From Clostridia bacterium (lineage in GTDB: Bacteria; Bacillota; Clostridia; UMGS1883), in the NCBI GenBank assembly GCA_017451505.1, contig JAFTOF010000002.1, forward strand, positions 129,679 through 193,678: a stretch of DNA of 64,000 nt, given 5' to 3'. The translations under genes and the position numbers were made by a program. The notes beneath the pieces were generated by a model. The model searched no databases. It was not told the DNA's origin and worked only from the letters and a program-made list of their open reading frames with translations. Each line of letters begins with the position of its first letter. Position 1 is the stretch's first letter. Shown here one piece after another: positions 38,949 through 48,132 of the stretch.

Positions 38949-40103
38949 TTATTTACACAGCTCTTTGGCAAGTGCCTTAAGCTGCAATGTGCTTTCCTCG
39001 TTAAGAGCGGACATAATCTTTACCGTGGTATCGGTAAATGTGAGATTTTTGCTCTTTTCAAGCATTGTTTTCATTACCTTAGCCGCAGTAGGTGCCCAGC
39101 TTCCGTTTTCAATAATACCCACAGTTCTGTTTTGGAAATTACGCTCCGTAAGGTGGTTTATAAATTCACGCATAAAGGGGAAGATTTCGGCGTTATATGT
39201 GGTAGTAGCCAAAACAATTTTTCCATAGCGGAAAGCGTCCTCCACGGCTTCTGCCATGTCACAACGTGCAAGATCGTTTACAACAACCTTGGGGCAGCCA
39301 TTTGTCTTAAGAAGCTCCTCGAGCATTAGAACCGCTTTTTTCGTGTTTCCGTATACTGAAGTATATGCAATCATAACTCCTTCTGATTCCACACCATAGC
39401 TTGACCAGATGTCGTAAAGATTAATATAGTAACCAAGATTTTCGCTAAGAACAGGTCCGTGGAGGGGGCAAATAATCTTTATATCAAGATTTGCCGCCTT
39501 TTTAAGAAGTGCCTGTACCTGTGCCCCGTATTTCCCCACAATGCCGATATAATACCTGCGAGCCTCGCACGCCCAGTCCTGCTCTACGTCCAAAGCCCCG
39601 AATTTTCCAAATCCATCGGCAGAGAAAAGTATTTTATCATAGGAATCATAGGTCACTATTACTTCAGGCCAATGTACCATAGGTGCGGTAACAAATGTAA
39701 GGGTATGCTTACCCAGGGAAAGCGTGTCACCCTCTCCCACTACTATCTGCCTGTCGTTAAAATCCGTTCCAAAAAAGCCTTTCATCATGGCAAAGCCCTT
39801 TGCCGAGGATACAATTTTCGCTTCGGGAAACTCCTTTGTGAAGCTTTCTATGTTTGCACTGTGGTCAGGCTCCATATGCTGTACTACAAGATAGTCGGGT
39901 TTTCTTCCCGAAAGTGCATTTTTTATATTTGCTATCCATTCATCGGTAAATCTTGCATCAACAGAATCCATTATTGCAATTTTTTCGTCAATAATTGCAT
40001 ATGAATTATAGCTCATTCCGTCGGGCACAATATACTGACCTTCAAAAAGGTCTATATCATGGTCGTTAACGCCCACATATTTTACGTCATTTGTTATGTT
40101 CAT
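38949..40103 (-). CDS. fprA: Flavodiiron protein (FprA / rubredoxin:oxygen-or-NO oxidoreductase type)
   Basis: N-terminal metallo-beta-lactamase-like di-iron domain (QHMEPDHSAN) and a C-terminal flavodoxin domain. A GGAGGTGG RBS precedes MNITNDVKYVGV. Rubredoxin is encoded immediately downstream. Confidence 0.88.
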   Translation of the reverse strand: MNITNDVKYVGVNDHDIDLFEGQYIVPDGMSYNSYAIIDEKIAIMDSVDARFTDEWIANIKNALSGRKPDYLVVQHMEPDHSANIESFTKEFPEAKIVSSAKGFAMMKGFFGTDFNDRQIVVGEGDTLSLGKHTLTFVTAPMVHWPEVIVTYDSYDKILFSADGFGKFGALDVEQDWACEARRYYIGIVGKYGAQVQALLKKAANLDIKIICPLHGPVLSENLGYYINLYDIWSSYGVESEGVMIAYTSVYGNTKKAVLMLEELLKTNGCPKVVVNDLARCDMAEAVEDAFRYGKIVLATTTYNAEIFPFMREFINHLTERNFQNRTVGIIENGSWAPTAAKVMKTMLEKSKNLTFTDTTVKIMSALNEESTLQLKALAKELCK

Positions 40104-40264
40104 ATCTGTATTCCACCTCCTATGGAATTGTAACACATCTTTTTAAAAAAGTAAATATCTTTTATCATGAAAAAAGGATTTCCAATTTATCAATAAAAAT
40201 ACAAAACGGCGTTGTAAATTTATATCAGATATGCTATACTCTCTTAAGAAAGGAATGACTGATT

Positions 40265-40720
40265 ATGATAAGAGTATTATTTGTATGCCACGGGAATATA
40301 TGCAGAAGTCCTATGGCAGAATTTGCGATGAAGGATATGGTGAAAAAGCTTAATATTGCAGATGAATTTGAAATCGCCTCTGCCGCCGTAAGCACTGAAG
40401 AAATAGGCAACGAGGTATATCCCCCTGCAAAGAGGAAGCTTTCTGAGCATGGCATTTCCTGCAAGGGAAAGACTGCACGGCAAATGACCAAAGAAGATTA
40501 CACCTACTACGATTACATTATTGCTATGGACAGAAGCAATCTTCGTAACATGGTGCGTTTTGTCGGGGACGACGCTGAGGGGAAAGTTTCTTTACTGATG
40601 GATTATACTGATTCCCCCCGTGACGTTGCAGACCCATGGTATACGGGGGATTTCGACCAAACATGGGGGGACGTGAACGAGGGGATTAAAGGTTTTTTAA
40701 ACAAAATTCAAAAAAACTGA
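40265..40720 (+). CDS. Low-molecular-weight protein-tyrosine phosphatase (or LMW ArsC-like)
   Basis: VLFVCHGNICRSPMAE P-loop (CX5R) and the conserved DP motif (ADPWY). Confidence 0.85.
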   Translation: MIRVLFVCHGNICRSPMAEFAMKDMVKKLNIADEFEIASAAVSTEEIGNEVYPPAKRKLSEHGISCKGKTARQMTKEDYTYYDYIIAMDRSNLRNMVRFVGDDAEGKVSLLMDYTDSPRDVADPWYTGDFDQTWGDVNEGIKGFLNKIQKN

Positions 40721-40750
40721 ATTTTTTTCAAAAAATTGAAAAAAATAATT

Positions 40751-40778
40751 GACAAAGGAAAAATTAAGTTGTATAATA
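40751..40778 (+). promoter_or_regulatory. Consensus sigma-A promoter for the tRNA-Gln gene
   Basis: TTGACA, a 17-nt spacer, then TATAAT. Confidence 0.6.
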
Positions 40779-40819
40779 TGCAAGTACTCTTTGAGGGACA
40801 ACTTAATATTGCCGAATTG

Positions 40820-40893
40820 TGTAAGGGTAGCACAGCAGACTCTGACTCTGTTTGTCTGGGTTCGAATCCTAGTTCGGCAACCAAAAAACCACT
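40820..40893 (+). tRNA. tRNA-Gln (anticodon CUG), 74 nt with an encoded CCA
   Basis: Hand-folded cloverleaf: acceptor stem tgccgaa/ttcggca with U1:A72 (a tRNA-Gln hallmark); U8; D-stem GUGU/GCAC; D-loop AAGGGUA; anticodon stem GCAGA/UCUGU; anticodon loop CUCUGAC (U33, CUG, A37); T-stem CUGGG/CCUAG; T-loop UUCGAAU; discriminator A; then CCA. Confidence 0.75.
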
Positions 40894-40938
40894 AATGGCT
40901 TTAGTCATTGGTGGTTTTTTTGCAAGAGCAGGATTCGA
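40877..40938 (+). repeat. Direct repeat copy 1 (tRNA 3' end + terminator + gcaagag)
   Basis: tcctagttcggcaaccaaaaaaccactaatggctttagtcattggtggtttttttgcaagag. It repeats at 41063-41125 with one extra T. Confidence 0.8.
40895..40931. terminator. Bidirectional rho-independent terminator (copy 1)
   Basis: An A-run, then stem aaccactaatg / cattggtggtt with loop gctttagt, then a 7-T run. Confidence 0.7.
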
Positions 40939-41062
40939 ACCCTGAGAGGGCAACGAGCGTTCAAAAAACGATTGATAATCGTTTTTAGCGAAGTTGGTGC
41001 GAAGACGGGTACTGCACGCTAGTGTGCGGTCGTCAAGCAGGGTGGATTGCGAAGCAATACAC
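40939..41062 (-). other. Degenerate tRNA-like fragment (T-arm and acceptor-like 3' end) on the minus strand between the two repeats
   Basis: The minus sense reads ...ctcagGGTTCGAATCCtgctcttgc, with a canonical T-loop. Only 3 bp of T-stem can form, no matching 5' acceptor strand exists, and there is no CCA. Confidence 0.3.
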
Positions 41063-41125
41063 ATCCTAGTTCGGCAACCAAAAAACCACTAATGGCTTTA
41101 GTCATTGGTGGTTTTTTTTGCAAGA
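41063..41125 (+). repeat. Direct repeat copy 2 (orphan tRNA 3' end + terminator)
   Basis: Same 62-63-nt sequence as 40877-40938. It carries only the last 17 nt of the tRNA, so no full tRNA precedes it. Confidence 0.8.
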
Positions 41126-41221
41126 GTGTAGGATTTAGTTGAAAATTTTTGTTTTTTTTCTTGTATCGTGTCGTTTTTTATGGTATACTTATTTCATGAA
41201 TAATAATTCGGGGGGATATAT

Positions 41222-41833
41222 ATGGAACTTAATAATTACAGAAGTGCAAATACACCTAAGAAAAAGAGAAAAAAAATCACAGCATCCGCTGCGGTGGTTT
41301 TTTGTATACTCAGCTTAATTGTGGGTATTGTATGCGGTAAATCATCCTCATCAGGACTTGACCCCAGAATCACTGAAATGACCAAAAATCTTGATAATTA
41401 TCAGGAAGCTGTAGATACATACGAAGCAGAAATCAAAGCAAGAAAAGATGAGCTTACCAAGATTTATCATGAGCTTGCAGAAGCAAAAAAAGAGCAGAAG
41501 GCCCTTGCACAAAGTGCACAGGAACCCGCCTCAAATGACGATGATGCAACCGAAAGCAAAAGCGAAGCTGCAGCACCCAAAGCTCAGGAATCCTCCGGCA
41601 GCGGTATTTTAGGAAAGCTTATTATCGGTGCACTCATAATCGTAATTATTGTATGCATTCTCTTTGCGGTTTCCATATTCCTTAAAAAGAATGACACTGA
41701 CGAGGACGAGGACGACGACGAAGAGTTCGAAGACGAAGATGAATACGATGAGTATTATGAAGAAGATGACGATTCCGAGGAAGAATATGAGGACGAGGAA
41801 GACGAAGAATACGATGACGAGGATGAGGAATAA
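41222..41833 (+). CDS. Hypothetical bitopic membrane protein with a coiled-coil middle and an extreme poly-Asp/Glu/Tyr C-terminal tail
   Basis: TM1 at residues ~20-40 and TM2 at ~125-147. The C-terminal ~50 residues are almost entirely D, E and Y (DEDEDDDEEFEDEDEYDEYYEEDDDSEEEYEDEEDEEYDDEDEE). TATACT -10 element. A terminator hairpin at 41845-41885 follows. Confidence 0.6.
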   Translation: MELNNYRSANTPKKKRKKITASAAVVFCILSLIVGIVCGKSSSSGLDPRITEMTKNLDNYQEAVDTYEAEIKARKDELTKIYHELAEAKKEQKALAQSAQEPASNDDDATESKSEAAAPKAQESSGSGILGKLIIGALIIVIIVCILFAVSIFLKKNDTDEDEDDDEEFEDEDEYDEYYEEDDDSEEEYEDEEDEEYDDEDEE

Positions 41834-41844
41834 TATTCACTGAA

Positions 41845-41890
41845 ATTTCAAAGGCTATGACATATGTCATGGCCTTTTTGTTTTTTAGAT
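41845..41890. terminator. Terminator hairpin
   Basis: aaggctatgaca tatg tcatggcctt, followed by tttgtttttt. Confidence 0.55.
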
Positions 41891-42065
41891 TCTTCGACTA
41901 CGCCTGTCGACTTCGCTCAGAATGACGCTTGTTTTACTATACTAAATATAGCTACTTTTTTCTTTTTAAGTCTTGACATAACTACCTATAAAATAGTAAA
42001 ATAAAGTGATAATGTATGTAAAATTGGAGATATTGTGTTTATCTATTCAGAAAGGACTGATTTTA

Positions 42066-43334
42066 GTGGCAATTACTGCACCAAGAGGTACGGCAGATAT
42101 TCTGTCACCCGATATTTTAAAATGGAAATATATTGAAAATAAAATAGCTGATATAAGCATGCGTTTCGGCTATAGTGAAATCCGCACTCCTGTGTTTGAG
42201 CATACGGAGCTTTTTGAGCGTGGTGTGGGTGACACAACCGATGTAGTGCAAAAGGAAATGTACACCTTTAACGATAAGGGCGGAAGAAGCATCACACTTC
42301 GCCCAGAGGGTACGGCTTCAGTTGCAAGAGCGTTTCTGGAGCATAACATATATGCACAGCCCCTCCCTGCCAAGCTTTGCTACAACATCACCTGCTACCG
42401 CTATGAGAAGCCACAGGCAGGCAGACTCAGAGAATTTCACCAGTTTGGTGCAGAGTGTTATGGCACAAGCGAGCCTTGCGTGGATGCTGAGGTAATATCA
42501 CTTGCAAAAACTATTTTAACCGAGCTTGGTATTAAGAAGCTCAACCTTAATATTAATTCCATCGGGTGCCCCTCTTGCCGAAAAAAATATAACGAGGCTT
42601 TGAAGGATTACTTCCGTCCTTATATCGAAGACGGCACTCTTTGCCAGACCTGCCGCGACAGGTTTGAGAAGAATCCCCTGCGTATACTGGACTGCAAAAG
42701 CCCCGTTTGCGGAGAAATTGCCGATAAAGCCCCTGTGCTTCTTGATTATATCTGCGAGGAATGTCACAACCATTTTGAAGAAGTGAAAAAGCACCTCGAG
42801 GCAATGGGAATAAGCTACAATGTGGACGGTACAATTGTACGCGGACTTGATTATTATACAAAGACTGTATTTGAGTTCAAAACTGCACTGCAGGGAACTG
42901 CCGGAACTGTTTGCGGTGGCGGAAGATATGACGGGCTTATAGAGGAGCTTGGCGGTGCTTCCACACCGGGTATAGGCTTTGCGATGGGCATTGAAAGACT
43001 TATACTGGCACTTGAAGAGGCAGACGCACTTCCTGTGCTTGAAAATGCACCCGACATCTTCGTTGCAAATATCGGTGATGAAACAAAGCTTTTTGTAACA
43101 GCTCTTACCGATAAACTTCGCAAGGAAGGAATCAAGTGCGAAAGGGATTTGTGTGGCAGAAGCCTTAAGGCACAAATGAAATACGCTGATAAATGCGGTG
43201 CACGCTTCAGTATGGTAATCGGAACAGATGAGGCAGAAAAGAAAACTGCAATGCTTAAAAACATGAAAGAAAAAGCACAGACAGAGGTTAGCCTTGAAAA
43301 CCTTGACGAGCTTATTAAAATAGTGAAGGAGTAA
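42066..43334 (+). CDS. hisS: Histidine--tRNA ligase
   Basis: Class II aaRS motifs and the HisS-specific ITAPRGTADILP N-terminus. An AAAGGA RBS precedes the GTG at about 42066. The ORF-track ATG at 42006 has no RBS. Promoter TTGACA-17-TAAAAT at about 41973-42001, with no T-box leader. Confidence 0.9.
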   Translation: MAITAPRGTADILSPDILKWKYIENKIADISMRFGYSEIRTPVFEHTELFERGVGDTTDVVQKEMYTFNDKGGRSITLRPEGTASVARAFLEHNIYAQPLPAKLCYNITCYRYEKPQAGRLREFHQFGAECYGTSEPCVDAEVISLAKTILTELGIKKLNLNINSIGCPSCRKKYNEALKDYFRPYIEDGTLCQTCRDRFEKNPLRILDCKSPVCGEIADKAPVLLDYICEECHNHFEEVKKHLEAMGISYNVDGTIVRGLDYYTKTVFEFKTALQGTAGTVCGGGRYDGLIEELGGASTPGIGFAMGIERLILALEEADALPVLENAPDIFVANIGDETKLFVTALTDKLRKEGIKCERDLCGRSLKAQMKYADKCGARFSMVIGTDEAEKKTAMLKNMKEKAQTEVSLENLDELIKIVKE

Positions 43335-43339
43335 TTAGC

Positions 43340-45139
43340 ATGGATACAATCAAAGGATTAAAAAGAACATATATGTGCGGCGAACTAAGGGAAGCACACG
43401 TTGGAGAAACCGTAACACTTATGGGTTGGGTTGCCAAGGAAAGAAATATGGGCGGTCTTGTTTTTGTTGATATAAGAGACAGAAGCGGTATTTCCCAGAT
43501 AGTTTTTGAGCCTGACAATGCCGAGCTTTTGGAAAAGGCTACAGGGCTTCACATGGAATATGTAATTGCGGTAACAGGCACGGTAAGAATGAGAAGCAAT
43601 ATCAACGAAAACATTCCTACGGGAAAAGTAGAGGTTGAGGCAAGTGAACTTCGTATTTTAAACACCTGTGACGTTACTCCCTTTGTTATAACAGATGATG
43701 TTAAGGCAGGCGAAGACCTTCGCCTTAAATACCGTTATCTTGACCTTCGCCGTCCCACCCTTGTTAATACGCTTAAGCTTCGCCACCGCGTTACACAGGT
43801 TGCAAGAAGATATTTTGATGAAAACGGTTTCCTTGAAATTGAAACTCCCATTCTTACAAAAAGCACACCTGAGGGTGCACGTGACTATCTTGTTCCCAGC
43901 CGTGTATACCCCGGTAATTTCTTCGCACTTCCCCAATCGCCTCAGCAGTATAAGCAGCTTTTGATGCTGGGCGGAATGGACAGATATATTCAGATTGCAA
44001 AATGCTTCCGTGACGAGGATTTGCGTGCTGACCGTCAGCCTGAATTTACACAGATTGACCTTGAAATGAGCTTCGTTGATGAAGACGATGTAATGAATAT
44101 GAACGAGGGCTTCCTTAAGAGAGTATTTAAGGAAGTGCTTGACTATGATGTAACGCTTCCCCTCCCCCGTCTTACATGGCAGGAGGCAATGGACCGCTTC
44201 GGCTCCGATAAGCCCGACACAAGATTTGGGCTTGAGCTTTGTGATATGAGTGAGCTTTTCGACGGCTGCGGCTTTAGTGCATTTGCAGATACTGTTAAGA
44301 ACGGCGGAACAGTCCGTGCAATCAATGCAAAGGGACTTAGCGATAAGCTTACAAGAAAAACTCTTGATAACCTCGTTGAATTTGTAAAGACCTACAAGGC
44401 TAAGGGTATGGCTTGGCTTATCGTTGATGAAAACGAAATCCGCGGCAGCATTGCAAAGTTCTTCTCTCCCGAAGAACTTAAAGCGATTGCAGATAAGGCA
44501 GATGCCAAGGCAGGCGACGTTATCCTCTTTGTGGCAGACCTTAAAGCAAGCGTTGTTTATGCATCGCTTGGTGCACTTCGCTGTGAAATTGCAAAGAGAT
44601 TTGACCTTATCCCCGAGGGAATGTTCAACCTCCTTTGGGTAACTGATTTCCCGCTTCTTGAGTATGATGAGGAGGAAAACCGCTACGTTGCAATGCACCA
44701 CCCCTTCACCTCTCCCAAGGACGAGGATATAGCACTTCTTGACACTGACCCCGGCAAGGTTCGTGCAAAGGCGTATGATATTGTTCTTAACGGCTACGAG
44801 CTTGGCGGCGGCAGCATCCGTATTTATGACCACGCAATGCAGCAGAAAATGTTTGAATGTCTCGGTTTTACTCCCGATCAGGCACAGGAAAGATTCGGTT
44901 ATCTCCTTAATGCGTTCCGCTACGGTACACCCCCTCACGGCGGACTTGCATACGGTCTTGACAGAATCGTTATGTTGATGGCAGGCTGTGACTCAATTCG
45001 TGATACAATTGCATTCCCCAAGGTTAAGGACAGTGGTGAGCTGATGATTGCGTCCCCCGATGTGGTTGACCAAAAACAGCTTGATGAGCTTGGACTGGCG
45101 ATTGTGAACAAGGTTGACAGACACGCTACAGAAGAATAA
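43340..45139 (+). CDS. aspS: Aspartate--tRNA ligase
   Basis: Anticodon-binding OB-fold N-terminus, class II motifs (FRDEDLRADRQPEFTQIDLEMSF, GGGSIRIYD), 599 aa. Confidence 0.95.
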   Translation: MDTIKGLKRTYMCGELREAHVGETVTLMGWVAKERNMGGLVFVDIRDRSGISQIVFEPDNAELLEKATGLHMEYVIAVTGTVRMRSNINENIPTGKVEVEASELRILNTCDVTPFVITDDVKAGEDLRLKYRYLDLRRPTLVNTLKLRHRVTQVARRYFDENGFLEIETPILTKSTPEGARDYLVPSRVYPGNFFALPQSPQQYKQLLMLGGMDRYIQIAKCFRDEDLRADRQPEFTQIDLEMSFVDEDDVMNMNEGFLKRVFKEVLDYDVTLPLPRLTWQEAMDRFGSDKPDTRFGLELCDMSELFDGCGFSAFADTVKNGGTVRAINAKGLSDKLTRKTLDNLVEFVKTYKAKGMAWLIVDENEIRGSIAKFFSPEELKAIADKADAKAGDVILFVADLKASVVYASLGALRCEIAKRFDLIPEGMFNLLWVTDFPLLEYDEEENRYVAMHHPFTSPKDEDIALLDTDPGKVRAKAYDIVLNGYELGGGSIRIYDHAMQQKMFECLGFTPDQAQERFGYLLNAFRYGTPPHGGLAYGLDRIVMLMAGCDSIRDTIAFPKVKDSGELMIASPDVVDQKQLDELGLAIVNKVDRHATEE

Positions 45140-45157
45140 TTAAAAGGAGGAAACGGG

Positions 45158-46462
45158 ATGTCGGCAATAATTAAATACGTTGAGCCTGATTCTATTGCCG
45201 AAGAACTCGGTCTTGAAGCAGGCGATACAATAATTAAAATCAATAATACAGAAATTAAGGATGTGCTTGACTACCGCTTCCTCATAAATGATGAATTTAT
45301 TACGCTTACGGTATTTACAAAGCAGGGTGAGGTTGCCGAAGTGGACATTGAAAAAGATGCCTATGAACCGCTTGGAGTGGAATTTGAAAACTCCCTTATG
45401 GATAAGCCGCTTCATTGCACAAATAAGTGTGTGTTCTGCTTTATAGACCAGTTACCCAAGGGTATGCGTGAAAGCCTTTATTTTAAGGACGATGACACAC
45501 GGCTTTCATTCTTTCAGGGAAATTATGTGACCTTTACAAACCTTGACGATGATGAGATTGACAGAATAATAAGGCTTCGTATAAGTCCCATAAATATTTC
45601 CGTTCATACAATGAATCCCGATTTAAGGGTAAAAATGCTGAAAAATCCAAAAGCAGCAAGACTTCCCGAAATCATGAGAAAACTCTGTGATAATGGCATT
45701 ATAATGAACTGCCAGATAGTTTTATGCCCCACCTATAATGATGGGGTCGAGCTTTCCTATACGATAGAAAAGCTTTATGAAATGCGTGAGTATGTAAAAA
45801 GCGTTTCCGTTGTTCCGATAGGCTTAACAAAGCACCGGGAGGGACTTTGCCCTATGACGGCAGTGGACAACGATAAAGCAAGGGAGCTTATAGCAGAAAT
45901 TGAAAAGTGGCAGAAAAAGGCTATGAACGAAATAGGGACAGGCTTTGTCTACGCATCAGATGAAATCTATCTTAAAGCAGGGTATGAAATCCCCGAAAGC
46001 AATGCCTACTGTGGTTTTCCGCAGATTGAAAACGGCGTAGGTATGATTGCATCACTTCGGGAGGAGCTTACCGATGCGTTAAAATCCTCCCCTGCTACGG
46101 AAAAAAATCGCACCGTAACCCTTGTAACAGGGGCGGCGGTACATAGCACAATGTGCAATTTTGCAGAGGAAATAACAAAAAAATATCCCCACATTAAAAT
46201 AAATGTAGAAAAAATCATCAATAACTTTTTTGGTGAGCAAATTACAGTTTCGGGACTTTTGTGCGGTTGCGACATTATAGAGCAGCTACGCGGAAAAAAT
46301 CTCGGTGACAATCTGATTATTACCAAAAATATGCTCCGTGACGGCGAAAACGTGCTTTTGGACGATGTTACCACGGAGGATATAGAAAGAGAGCTTAATA
46401 CAAAAATCATTGCCGTTGGCGATGATGGGTATGAGCTTTTGGAGGCGATATTGGGAATATAA
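45158..46462 (+). CDS. PDZ-domain radical SAM protein (DUF512 family)
   Basis: N-terminal PDZ (AEELGLEAGDTIIKINNTEIKDV) and a radical-SAM CxxxCxxC motif (CTNKCVFCF). Located at the conserved position between aspS and der. Confidence 0.8.
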   Translation: MSAIIKYVEPDSIAEELGLEAGDTIIKINNTEIKDVLDYRFLINDEFITLTVFTKQGEVAEVDIEKDAYEPLGVEFENSLMDKPLHCTNKCVFCFIDQLPKGMRESLYFKDDDTRLSFFQGNYVTFTNLDDDEIDRIIRLRISPINISVHTMNPDLRVKMLKNPKAARLPEIMRKLCDNGIIMNCQIVLCPTYNDGVELSYTIEKLYEMREYVKSVSVVPIGLTKHREGLCPMTAVDNDKARELIAEIEKWQKKAMNEIGTGFVYASDEIYLKAGYEIPESNAYCGFPQIENGVGMIASLREELTDALKSSPATEKNRTVTLVTGAAVHSTMCNFAEEITKKYPHIKINVEKIINNFFGEQITVSGLLCGCDIIEQLRGKNLGDNLIITKNMLRDGENVLLDDVTTEDIERELNTKIIAVGDDGYELLEAILGI

Positions 46463-46475
46463 GGAGGTATTCTTT

Positions 46476-48107
46476 ATGAAAAAATTTGCAGTTTTATTTT
46501 CAATCATCATTCTCTCACTTGCATCAAATGCCTATGCGAAAGAAACCGCAGTTTTACCTGTCTTTGACGTACATTTTAACGGCAACAAGGTAGAAAGCAC
46601 ATACAGAGAATATCCCCTGCTTGTGTATAAGGACATCACGTACTTTCCTATGACTTATTTTGACAGTCGTCATCTCGGACTTATAACCGACTGGGACGGA
46701 GAATCAAATACACTTACTATATCAAAGAGAAATATAAACTCAATTCTTACCGCTTACAAAAGCGAGAATAAGAACACTACAAAAAATGATGTTTCCATCT
46801 GCAATTTCAATATTATTGTAAACAGAAAGGACATTGATAATAAAACCGAGCCTTATCCCCTGCTTACCTTCCGTGATGTGACATATTTCCCCTTAACGTG
46901 GCGGTTTGCAGTAGATGAATTTGGCTGGGAATACTCTTTTGACAGTGAAAGCGGACTTAATATAAATTCATCTAACCACAAAGTTAAAATGCTTGATTTA
47001 TCTGCATTGGAAATGAACTCCTACTATGCCGGATTTACCTGTGACGGGGAGTTTTATTACCATCACAATTCGGCTAACGGCAATATATATAGAACACCTG
47101 TTGATGACCTCAGCAAGCAGGAGGTTATTCACCATATTGAAAGCGGAGTGCAGGCAGGACTTGGCTTTTCAGATGGCAAAGTCTTTTTGAACTACCGCAG
47201 TGGCGGTGCTACACACGGAACAACCTATCAATACTACATCAATAAAGATAAAACCCTTACCGAAGTTACACTGCCATATTCGAGTAGTGTGGGTGCATCA
47301 ACTCACTACTATGCTTATGGCGATGGTTTCAAGGCTGATTTATCCTTTTTTACAGGATTATGGGACTTTAGCTACTTTATCGGCGAGAATGAAACCGAGG
47401 TTGAAATACCGGGTGTTTTTTTCGGTACACAGGGACGACATTCATCTGACGAAGTTATCCCTCCGCAGATTGTAGGCGATAATATTTATGTAATCGGCTA
47501 CAAGGGTGAGGAAGAAATAAAAACACTTATTTGTATAAATGCTAAAAGCGGTGAAACATCTGAAATAGCTTCAAATGTTGACAATTTCGAGGCTTATGAC
47601 AGCGTTACTAACGGGCAGATTATTATATACACACGTAACGGAAGCCTTACTCAATACAAGGCTGATACAAAAGAATATTTTGAGCTTAAAGAAAATTCAG
47701 CACCGCTTCATGAAGTGATACAGCTTTCCTGCGTTGGCGATGCCTTAACGGGTGAAAACCCGTATTGGGGAATGCTTGTTATAACAAAGGATGAATATGG
47801 CACGTATGCGGAATTATACGCAAATCCCTGGGGCGATGTTCCTCCGCCGTATCAGGGAAGATTTGCCTTGATGGATTTTTCACCCGATACAAACTTCAGC
47901 TACAGCGGAAACTACTTGATAGCAAAGGATAATTCCGAAAATCCGTCGGCACGGCTTTATGTTTTTGATGCAAGCAGTGAAAGAAATATAAAAGCACCGT
48001 TATTTGTAAGTGCAGACAAAGTGGCTTCGTTAACTTTACTTGAAAACACCCTTATTTACAGAAATAGCGAAACAGGAGAATTTTGCGAGGTTAAGTTGAA
48101 ACCATAA
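46476..48107 (+). CDS. Secreted hypothetical protein: two copper-amine-oxidase-N-terminal-like stalk domains plus a Tyr-rich beta-propeller-like (DUF5050-like) domain; paralog of 49265..50887
   Basis: Signal peptide MKKFAVLFSIIILSLASNAYA after a TAAGGAGG RBS. Two stalk repeats of the form YPLLxxKDITYFPMTYFD / [25 protein letters not shown]. The C-terminal region has YY/GDNIYV-type repeats. Confidence 0.6.
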   Translation: MKKFAVLFSIIILSLASNAYAKETAVLPVFDVHFNGNKVESTYREYPLLVYKDITYFPMTYFDSRHLGLITDWDGESNTLTISKRNINSILTAYKSENKNTTKNDVSICNFNIIVNRKDIDNKTEPYPLLTFRDVTYFPLTWRFAVDEFGWEYSFDSESGLNINSSNHKVKMLDLSALEMNSYYAGFTCDGEFYYHHNSANGNIYRTPVDDLSKQEVIHHIESGVQAGLGFSDGKVFLNYRSGGATHGTTYQYYINKDKTLTEVTLPYSSSVGASTHYYAYGDGFKADLSFFTGLWDFSYFIGENETEVEIPGVFFGTQGRHSSDEVIPPQIVGDNIYVIGYKGEEEIKTLICINAKSGETSEIASNVDNFEAYDSVTNGQIIIYTRNGSLTQYKADTKEYFELKENSAPLHEVIQLSCVGDALTGENPYWGMLVITKDEYGTYAELYANPWGDVPPPYQGRFALMDFSPDTNFSYSGNYLIAKDNSENPSARLYVFDASSERNIKAPLFVSADKVASLTLLENTLIYRNSETGEFCEVKLKP

Positions 48108-48132
48108 AGAACGATATAAGGAGGTAATCTTT

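Noticed and set aside
38690-39329. ORFs 38690..38926(+), 38712..39329(+) and 38732..38914(-) reported by the ORF track
   Set aside because: They overlap the well-supported flavodiiron gene on the opposite strand, and for the minus one the rubredoxin gene in the wrong frame. The true small gene here is the 52-aa rubredoxin, found only by hand translation.
40939-41062. A second intact tRNA or tmRNA on the minus strand between the duplicated terminators
   Set aside because: A T-loop is present, but the T-stem forms only 3 bp, no complementary 5' acceptor strand exists, and there is no CCA. It is too short for tmRNA, so it is called a degenerate fragment.
42006-42065. N-terminal extension of hisS from the ATG at 42006
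   Set aside because: The extension (MIMYVKLEILCLSIQKGLIL) has no RBS and is unlike HisS. An AAAGGA RBS precedes the GTG at about 42066, which gives the canonical ITAPRGT N-terminus.
41890-42065. Expected T-box leader upstream of hisS
   Set aside because: Only ~65 nt lie between a consensus promoter (TTGACA-17-TAAAAT) and the start codon. No T-box or specifier structure is present.
43658-44938. 426-aa Cys-rich ORF on the minus strand
   Set aside because: It lies entirely antisense within aspS, is low-complexity Cys/Lys-rich, has no RBS, and is a typical antisense artifact of a highly expressed gene.
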